Of a DNA stretch of 48,260 nucleotides, positions 42,340-48,260 are shown one piece after another. The DNA comes from Eubacteriales bacterium (GTDB taxonomy: Bacteria > Bacillota > Clostridia > Oscillospirales > CAG-272). The stretch is taken from the NCBI GenBank assembly GCA_045634425.1, contig JAZRAF010000079.1, positions 1-48,260 on the forward strand. Direction: 5' to 3'. Numbering within the stretch: the stretch's first letter is position 1; every line of letters starts with the position of its first letter. A model generated the notes under the pieces. That model was not told the DNA's origin. It was given only the letters and a program-made list of their open reading frames with translations, and made no database searches. A program made the position numbers and the translations under genes.

Positions 42340-44547
42340 TTACACCTTCTTATTTGTGCCCTTCAGGCTCGGATCCTTGCGAAGAAGGAGATAAAGAGCG
42401 CCGCCGATTATAACGAGAGCGATCGCGGCGGTAAGAGCCTCCCACCAATAGAATGCGCCCGAAACAAGCGAGCCGATCTGATATACGCAGAAGCAGGTAG
42501 CGTAAGCAAACACGCACATATACGCGATCGCAAACGCGGTCCACTTCGAATTGTTCATCTCACGCTTGATCGCGCCCATAGCGCCGAAGCAGGGTGCGCA
42601 AAGCAGATTGAATATCATAAACGAGAATGCCGCAAGCGCGCTGCCGCCGAATACCGCGGAGTTAACGTAGTCGTAAAGTCCCGACTCGCTGCCTGCCATA
42701 GCACCGAATGCGCCAACGACCTCCTCCTTTGCCATAAGACCAAGGATAGTCGCAACCGCGCTCTGCCAGTTGCCAAAGCCAAGGGGAGTAAATATCCACG
42801 CGATAGCCGAGCCGATGACCTCAAGGATCGAGCTGCCGCCCGCCTCGTCGGTGATAAAGTGGAATCCACCTGCGAAGGAGAGATTGTTAAGGAACCAAAT
42901 TACAACGCTTGCCACGAATATGACCGAGCCGGCACGCTTGATGAAGGACCAGCCGCGATCCCACGTGGTGCGGAAGATGTTGCTTGCAAGGGGGGCGTGA
43001 TATGCGGGAAGCTCCATTACGAAGGGAGCGGGTGCGCCTGCAAACGCCTTAAGCTTTTTGAGGATTATACCGGATATTACGACCGCGCCAACGCCGATGA
43101 AGTACGCCGCAACGGATATAAGCGAGCTTGCAAGCGCATTGTCACCGAACATCGAACCCGCGATCATACCTATGATAGGCATCTTTGCGCCGCAGGGGAT
43201 AAAGCCGGTAGTGATTATCGTGATCTTTCTGTCTCTTTCCTGCTCTATGGTACGGGATGCCATAATGCCGGGCACGCCGCAGCCGGATGCTACGAGCATG
43301 GGTATAAAAGACTTGCCGGAAAGACCGAACTTGCGGAATATCTTATCCATAATGAAGGCAACGCGAGACATATAGCCGCAGTCCTCAAGCAAGGAAAGCA
43401 AGAGGAACAGAATAAGCATCTGAGGCACGAAGCCAAGCACCGCGCCGACACCGCCAACGATACCGTCCTGGATAAGCGAATAGAGCCAGGAAGCGATTAC
43501 GGGCTCACCCGTGTCACTTAAAAGCAGCATATCGATAAGCTCAGGTATCGAATACCAGCTTGCCATAAAGCTGTCGGGATAGGTCTCGGCAAAGGAGCCG
43601 AAAAGACCATCGTTCATAAACGTAACGGTGAAGTCACCGACCGATCCTATCGAAATGAAATAAACGAAGAACATTATTGCCGCAAAGATCGGGAGAGCCG
43701 CCCATCTGTTAGTAACAACCCTGTCGATCTTATCGGATATAGACATCTTGCGGCCCTTTGCCTTTCTCTTATAGCAGGCCGCGGTAACGTGGGTCACGTA
43801 AACGTATCTCTCGTTTGCGATAATGCCCTCGGCATCGTCGTCAAGCAGCTCCTCAACTCTCGCTATATCCTTTTCAATATGCGCAAGCTTCTCGGGATCG
43901 AGCTTAAGCTCCTCAAGCACCTTTTCGTCACGCTCGAAGATCTTAACGGCATACCATCTCTGTCTTTCCTCGGGCATGCCGTGCACCGCCGCCTCCTCGA
44001 TGTGAGCAAGGGCATGCTCAACGTCACCGGAGAAGTTATGTGAGGGTACGTGGCTGCCGTCCTTGACCGCCTCAATAGCAACGTCAAGCGCATCGGTTAT
44101 ACCGTCGTTTTTAAGTGCGGATATCTCAACAACACGGCAGCCAAGCTTGCGCGAGAGCATCTCGGTATCTATCGTGTCACCGTTTTTGCGCACTACGTCC
44201 ATCATATTTATTGCCACTACCATCGGAATACCGAGATCGGCGAGCTGAGTGGTGAGATAGAGATTGCGCTCAAGATTGGTTCCGTCTACTATGTTCAGTA
44301 TCGCGTCGGGACGCTCGTTGACAAGGTAGTTTCTTGCCACGACCTCCTCAAGCGTATAGGGGGAAAGCGAGTATATGCCGGGCAGGTCCGTGACGGTCAC
44401 GTCGCCGTTCTTTTTAAACTTTCCTTCCTTCTTTTCTACAGTAACGCCCGGCCAGTTGCCGACGTACTGATTCTGGCCTGTCAGGGCGTTGAACAGCGTC
44501 GTTTTACCGCAGTTCGGGTTGCCGGCCAGGGCTATTCTAATACCCAT
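42340..44547 (-). CDS. feoB: Ferrous iron transporter B
   Basis: GNPNCGKT, VGNWPGVTVE, DLPG, NMMD GTPase motifs; multi-TM gate domains (GCGVP, PCGAK, PC). Confidence 0.96.
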   Translation of the reverse strand: MGIRIALAGNPNCGKTTLFNALTGQNQYVGNWPGVTVEKKEGKFKKNGDVTVTDLPGIYSLSPYTLEEVVARNYLVNERPDAILNIVDGTNLERNLYLTTQLADLGIPMVVAINMMDVVRKNGDTIDTEMLSRKLGCRVVEISALKNDGITDALDVAIEAVKDGSHVPSHNFSGDVEHALAHIEEAAVHGMPEERQRWYAVKIFERDEKVLEELKLDPEKLAHIEKDIARVEELLDDDAEGIIANERYVYVTHVTAACYKRKAKGRKMSISDKIDRVVTNRWAALPIFAAIMFFVYFISIGSVGDFTVTFMNDGLFGSFAETYPDSFMASWYSIPELIDMLLLSDTGEPVIASWLYSLIQDGIVGGVGAVLGFVPQMLILFLLLSLLEDCGYMSRVAFIMDKIFRKFGLSGKSFIPMLVASGCGVPGIMASRTIEQERDRKITIITTGFIPCGAKMPIIGMIAGSMFGDNALASSLISVAAYFIGVGAVVISGIILKKLKAFAGAPAPFVMELPAYHAPLASNIFRTTWDRGWSFIKRAGSVIFVASVVIWFLNNLSFAGGFHFITDEAGGSSILEVIGSAIAWIFTPLGFGNWQSAVATILGLMAKEEVVGAFGAMAGSESGLYDYVNSAVFGGSALAAFSFMIFNLLCAPCFGAMGAIKREMNNSKWTAFAIAYMCVFAYATCFCVYQIGSLVSGAFYWWEALTAAIALVIIGGALYLLLRKDPSLKGTNKKV

Positions 44548-44571
44548 TGTTTTTTCCTTTCGTTCGTTAAT

Positions 44572-44589
44572 GGTTAGTCAAGGCTAACC
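44572..44589. promoter_or_regulatory. Palindromic operator (DtxR/IdeR/MntR-like) between feoA and feoB
   Basis: GGTTAG-N6-CTAACC; a second copy lies upstream of feoA. Confidence 0.6.
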
Positions 44590-44625
44590 GGTGGATGTTT
44601 TTTTACGGCAGTTCCCTGCCGCAAA

Positions 44626-44847
44626 TTATTCTATCTCGATAGTTTCGGCGTCCGACTTACGGATCGAGAGCTCATAGCCGCGCACGGTAAGCTCAATAGG
44701 ATCTCCGAGGGGTGCAACCTTTCTTACGTAGATCTCAACACCCTTGGTAATGCCCATATCCATAATTCTGCGTCTTGTCGGACCCTCGCCGTGAAGCTTC
44801 ACGACCTTTGCCGTGCCGCCTATTTTCACATCGCGAAGAGTTTTCAT
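44626..44847 (-). CDS. feoA: Ferrous iron transport protein A
   Basis: RRIMDMGITKG...APLGDPIE...RGYELSIRKSDA. Confidence 0.95.
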   Translation of the reverse strand: MKTLRDVKIGGTAKVVKLHGEGPTRRRIMDMGITKGVEIYVRKVAPLGDPIELTVRGYELSIRKSDAETIEIE

Positions 44848-44889
44848 ATTTTTTCTCCATTCTATCGCCGTTTTGGCGAAACTTAGGGC

Positions 44890-44907
44890 AGTTAGCCTCT
44901 GCTAACC
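44890..44907. promoter_or_regulatory. Palindromic operator (DtxR/IdeR/MntR-like) at the feoA transcription start
   Basis: AGTTAG-CCTCTG-CTAACC, same GTTAG-N6-CTAAC geometry, immediately downstream of the -10. Confidence 0.62.
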
Positions 44908-44915
44908 GATATAGA

Positions 44916-44944
44916 ATTATACCTTATTCTTCCTCGTTTGTCAA
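44916..44944 (-). promoter_or_regulatory. Sigma-A promoter of feoAB
   Basis: Perfect TTGACA-17 nt-TATAAT. Confidence 0.85.
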
Positions 44945-44987
44945 TAGGTTTTGAGAAACTTTTTCCAACTTTTTTTAAGCGGCAAAT

Positions 44988-45031
44988 AAAAAGCCCGTAC
45001 CTACACGGCTCGTCAGCCATATAAATACGGG
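44988..45031 (-). terminator. Terminator after the ECF S-component gene
   Basis: 17-bp stem CCCGTATTTATATGGCT-GACG-AGCCGTGTAGGTACGGG, fully paired with G-U only on the minus strand, followed by CTTTTT. Confidence 0.8.
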
Positions 45032-45047
45032 AATTTTAATTAAAATA

Positions 45048-45611
45048 TTACACGGGTCGCCTCTTAAGCAGTTTAAACATCAATTCAGACAGCGGAAAAA
45101 CCAAAAATCCCATAAAGAAATTTGATATTCCGTGCACAAGATCGAAGTAAAGTCCGCTCACTATCCAGGCAAGCATTCCCCTGAAATCAAGGCCGAACAT
45201 TATCGCCTGTGCAGGGGCGTAAAGTGTGCCAAAGGCAAAGCCGTGAAGCGCCGTTATTATCGGGTATATCACGCACCTGAGCTTTGGATTTAAGCGCCTC
45301 GGGATAAGCATCGCCACACCCCAAAGAGGAAGCCAGATATATACATAGGGTAGCCACCAGGCCGAAAAGCCGAGATAAAATCCGTTCAAAATGACGTAAA
45401 CGTATATCGGAATCAAGGCCTTGAAGCGGAATACCACCGCGTACGTAACGCACAGCGCGCCGACGAAATGTATATTCGGCAGTGCCTCCATCAATAGGTC
45501 GCCGAGGAACATTATCGTGCCGAGCATCGCAAAAAGCACGCACTCGAATATGCGCTTATGTACCGTGTTTTTTGAATTACATCGTTGTGTAGACAAACTT
45601 ATAGGTCTCAC
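45048..45611 (-). CDS. ECF transporter S component, probably cobalamin-specific (CbrT-like); exact start uncertain
   Basis: About 6 TM helices; AMLGTIMF...LPNIHFV N-terminal pattern; FDLVHGISNF; lies downstream of a B12 riboswitch. Confidence 0.7.
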   Translation of the reverse strand: MRPISLSTQRCNSKNTVHKRIFECVLFAMLGTIMFLGDLLMEALPNIHFVGALCVTYAVVFRFKALIPIYVYVILNGFYLGFSAWWLPYVYIWLPLWGVAMLIPRRLNPKLRCVIYPIITALHGFAFGTLYAPAQAIMFGLDFRGMLAWIVSGLYFDLVHGISNFFMGFLVFPLSELMFKLLKRRPV

Positions 45612-45990
45612 CGCCCTGAATTACAGTTTCATTTGCGCCGACCATGGCGTAATCGTCACCTACGTAGAATGCCCAATAAGCCGAATTTGCATCCCAATCC
45701 GCCTTCATACCGTTGAGGGTATCGAAGAAGGATGCATCGTTGATAAGCTCGAGCTCGTAAAGTGCCGCACCGAGGGTCTCCTTATCGGTCTTTACGGTGA
45801 GGGTAACGGTAGTGTCCTCCGCAGTGATGAGGACGGTAACGGTCTTAGCACCTGTGCCGACGGTCGCATCCTCGGTGTAGGTTGCATCAGCCCAAAGTCC
45901 GGTGGGAGCTTCCTCGCCGCATCCAACAGCAAAGAGAAGCACTACGACAACGAGCATAGCCGCGGTCAGTTTCATAATGTTTTTCATCAT
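45577..45990 (-). CDS. DUF4430-type (transcobalamin C-terminal-like) lipoprotein, probable corrinoid-binding protein
   Basis: Start moved to MMKNIMK (AAGGAG RBS); lipobox AVGC; TLGAAL, F..TLNG, YWAFYVG..YA.VGA. Confidence 0.72.
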   Translation of the reverse strand: MMKNIMKLTAAMLVVVVLLFAVGCGEEAPTGLWADATYTEDATVGTGAKTVTVLITAEDTTVTLTVKTDKETLGAALYELELINDASFFDTLNGMKADWDANSAYWAFYVGDDYAMVGANETVIQGGETYKFVYTTM

Positions 45991-46021
45991 TTTTTTCTCC
46001 TTTCGTATTTCAAAAGGATAA

Positions 46022-46080
46022 AATAAAAACCCCTTCACGGGGTCAAATGATAGAAAAAGGGGGGCGCAAAGCGCCACCCG
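46022..46080 (-). terminator. Leader terminator(s) of the cobalamin riboswitch expression platform
   Basis: GGGTGGCGC-TTT-GCGCCCCCC-TTTTT, then ACCCC-GTGAA-GGGGT-TTTTATTTT, both upstream of the RBS. Confidence 0.6.
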
Positions 46081-46127
46081 TACCACCTTCCCCGTTTGCC
46101 CAAGAAGTCTTTACGGATCACAGAGTG

Positions 46128-46245
46128 ACAAGCATCCCGACTTACGCGACCTAAGTCACGCTCACGGTAATGGCTGTTGCGACGGATTTTCACCGTCTTC
46201 CCTTGTCCCCTAGCCGCCGTCGCGGCCCGACAATGCACCGAAGTG
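46128..46245 (-). ncRNA. Cobalamin riboswitch (compact, class-II-like)
   Basis: CGGTGC...AAGGGAAGACGGTGAAAATCCGTCGCAACAGCCATTACCGTGA...AAGTCGGGATGC: the AGGGAA, GGTG-AAA-TCC T-loop and B12-box elements. Confidence 0.85.
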
Positions 46246-46280
46246 GCGCAATACCCTGCGTTTATTCTTTTGTCGTTTTT

Positions 46281-46309
46281 ATTATAATCGCAACACCGCA
46301 TTTTGTCAA
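46281..46309 (-). promoter_or_regulatory. Sigma-A promoter of the B12-riboswitch operon
   Basis: Perfect TTGACA-17 nt-TATAAT. Confidence 0.85.
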
Positions 46310-46342
46310 TAGTCGGGGAAAAAATAAAAATTTTATTTTCTA

Positions 46343-46371
46343 TTGAAATTGCCGAATGTTTGTATTATAAT
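46343..46371 (+). promoter_or_regulatory. Sigma-A promoter of the MATE pair
   Basis: TTGAAA-17 nt-TATAAT. The ORF-track start at 46343 is this -35 box. Confidence 0.7.
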
Positions 46372-46420
46372 ACAAAAGGAGGCGCAAGACGCGCCCGACA
46401 GCAAAGTGAGGCTTAAGAAA

Positions 46421-47842
46421 TTGATCAACAATAAAAAGCTCCCTCTCACGGAGGGTCCGATATTCGTCAGAATGACGCTTTTCGCCCTGCCGATAATGAT
46501 GACGGGCATATTACAGATCCTATACACGATGGCCGACAACATCATCGTCGGACAGTTCTCGGGCGACACCAACGCCCTTGGCGCAGTTGGATCAACGAGC
46601 ACGCTTAACTCGCTGATACTCACGCTCCTGCTCGGTATCTCTATCGGTACGAGCGTAGTTGTTGCGCAGGCATACGGCGCAAAGAATGAGAGAGTCGTTT
46701 CCCGCGCGGTGCATACCGCCCTCACCTTCTCGCTTATTGGCGGTGTGGCATTTATGATCGCGGGCCTTGCCCTTTCGAGAACGGCACTCGTGCTTATGGG
46801 CACGCGACCCGTGCTTCTTGAGGGGGCGGTGCTTTACTTCCGCATAATCTGCCTTGGCATCCCCGCGACCGCAGTATATAATTTCTCCGCCGGCATCCTT
46901 CGCTCGATCGGCGACTCGAAAACACCCCTTATCATCCTTGCATCCACAGGCCTTGTAAACGTAGTGCTCAACATATTCTTCGTTTGCGCGTGCGGAATGT
47001 CGGTCGAGGGTGTTGCGATAGCGACCGTGGTGTCACAGTACCTTTCCGCAATCGTTGCGGTATACGTGCTTTGGCGCAAGCGCTCGGAGTGCTACGGCTT
47101 CTCATTTAAAAAGATCGGTATAGACACAAGGCTGCTTAAGAGAATTCTTCGCCTCGGCGTTCCCTCAGGACTTCAGAGCGCGATGTTCTCGGTTTCGAAT
47201 ATACTGCTTGTAAGCGGTATCAACACCCTTGGCGACCACGCCATCAAGGCAAACACCATCGCAGGTAACATCGACGCTATCACCTACCTTGCCTGCAACG
47301 CATTCAGCGCGGCGGCAATGACCTTCGTTGGTCAGAACTACGGCGCAGGCAAGATCGACCGAGTTAAAAGGTCGGTCATTTCGGGCATCGTGCAGGTTGC
47401 GATATTCGGTATAGTGATAGGACAGCTTCAGCTGCTGTTTGCAAATCAGCTTGCGAGCCTTTACATCGCCGCTGACGACCCCAACAGGGCGGAGATCCTC
47501 GCACTTACCGAGGGCGTTCTCATCCTGATTTTGAACGTCTATTTCATCTGCGGACTTATGGACGTTATGGCGGGTGCTCTCAAGGGCCTTGGCTATTCCC
47601 TTGCCCCGATGATCATTTCCATCATCTGTATCTGTGGTGTGAGAATAGTATGGCGCTACGTTGCCTTCCCCCTTGAGGCGTTTAACTCCATTGAGGGAAT
47701 TTACATTTCCTATCCCATATCCTGGTCACTTGCGTTTATATGCTACCTCGTCCTTTACATAATCGCACGCGTTAAAATCAAGAAAAGGTTAAACCTCTCC
47801 GCGGCCACACCGACCGAGGAAAAAGCAACCGTAGAGGTGTAA
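46421..47842 (+). CDS. MATE family efflux transporter
   Basis: LTEGPI, LQILYTMADNIIVGQF, LRSIGDSKTP, NVVLN...GVAIAT, GQNYGA. TTG start chosen by GAGG and by alignment with the downstream paralog. Confidence 0.9.
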   Translation: MINNKKLPLTEGPIFVRMTLFALPIMMTGILQILYTMADNIIVGQFSGDTNALGAVGSTSTLNSLILTLLLGISIGTSVVVAQAYGAKNERVVSRAVHTALTFSLIGGVAFMIAGLALSRTALVLMGTRPVLLEGAVLYFRIICLGIPATAVYNFSAGILRSIGDSKTPLIILASTGLVNVVLNIFFVCACGMSVEGVAIATVVSQYLSAIVAVYVLWRKRSECYGFSFKKIGIDTRLLKRILRLGVPSGLQSAMFSVSNILLVSGINTLGDHAIKANTIAGNIDAITYLACNAFSAAAMTFVGQNYGAGKIDRVKRSVISGIVQVAIFGIVIGQLQLLFANQLASLYIAADDPNRAEILALTEGVLILILNVYFICGLMDVMAGALKGLGYSLAPMIISIICICGVRIVWRYVAFPLEAFNSIEGIYISYPISWSLAFICYLVLYIIARVKIKKRLNLSAATPTEEKATVEV

Positions 47843-47846
47843 TAAA

Positions 47847-48260
47847 ATGACTTCAACAAAAAAGCGGCTTGTCATCACCGAGGGCCCGATATTTATAAAA
47901 ATGCTTCGGTATTCGATACCGGTAATGCTCACGAGTGTTTTGCAAACGCTGTACAATATGGCGGATAACGCCGTTGTAGGACAGTTTTCGGGCGACCCGA
48001 ACGCCCTTGGCTCGGTCGGATCGACGACATCGCTTAACAACCTTATACTCAACCTGATGCTTGGCGTATCTATCGGTACGAGCGTTGCAGTCGCGCAGGC
48101 ATATGGCGCAAAAAACGAAAAGCTCGTATCAAAGGTTGCGCATACCGCACTCTCCTTCGCTGCCATAGTCGGTATCATCCTTATGGTGGCTGCAATTGCA
48201 ATTTCAAAACCGGTTCTGATGCTTATGGGCACGCAGGAGTCCCTGCTTGACGGCGCGGTG
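47847..48260 (+). CDS. MATE family efflux transporter, tandem paralog, runs off the right end of the window
   Basis: Not in the ORF track. GAGGTG RBS; MTSTKKRLVITEGPIFIKMLRYSIPVMLTSVLQTLYNMADNAVVGQFSGDPNALGSVGST..., highly similar to the upstream MATE. Confidence 0.88.
   Translation, partial: MTSTKKRLVITEGPIFIKMLRYSIPVMLTSVLQTLYNMADNAVVGQFSGDPNALGSVGSTTSLNNLILNLMLGVSIGTSVAVAQAYGAKNEKLVSKVAHTALSFAAIVGIILMVAAIAISKPVLMLMGTQESLLDGAV

Noticed and set aside
1-48260. CRISPR arrays, IS elements, integrases, prophage, tRNA/rRNA or defence systems
   Set aside because: No regularly spaced repeats, transposase/integrase motifs or structural RNA genes were recognised. The repeats found are intragenic modules or terminators.

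Overview
Core-like chromosomal segment from an anaerobic Firmicute, probably an uncultured Clostridia member. This is inferred from gene content, near-consensus sigma-A promoters and a strong CTT/CTC Leu bias. No mobile element, rRNA, tRNA or CRISPR array was seen. Five main blocks: (1) 1-16.2 kb, minus strand: one tightly coupled ~16-kb redox operon, in order rex, two thioredoxin-like [2Fe-2S] proteins, PAS-containing sensory [FeFe]-hydrogenase, SpoIIE/PP2C phosphatase, LDH-like enzyme with the malate-dehydrogenase Arg, group-B-like [FeFe]-hydrogenase, hdrBCA, mvhD/flxD-flxCBA, a soluble fumarate-reductase-like Fe-S/flavoprotein pair and an AspT/YidE-family transporter. A Rex-like box lies over its predicted transcription start. 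(2) cysK, malQ and an orphan Na+-decarboxylase beta/gamma pair behind a yybP-ykoY-type riboswitch. (3) A MoxR AAA+/DUF58/two-VWA operon followed by three Cys/His-rich, repeat-containing lipoproteins, one with a highly structured unexplained 5' leader. (4) Tandem DHH phosphoesterases, surE and a MATE gene, with a divergent trypsin-like lipoprotein protease. (5) feoA-feoB-Cys-rich peptide with two DtxR-like palindromes, a cobalamin-riboswitch-controlled DUF4430 lipoprotein/ECF S-component pair, and tandem MATE genes. All family calls are from motif recognition by eye; no searches were run.
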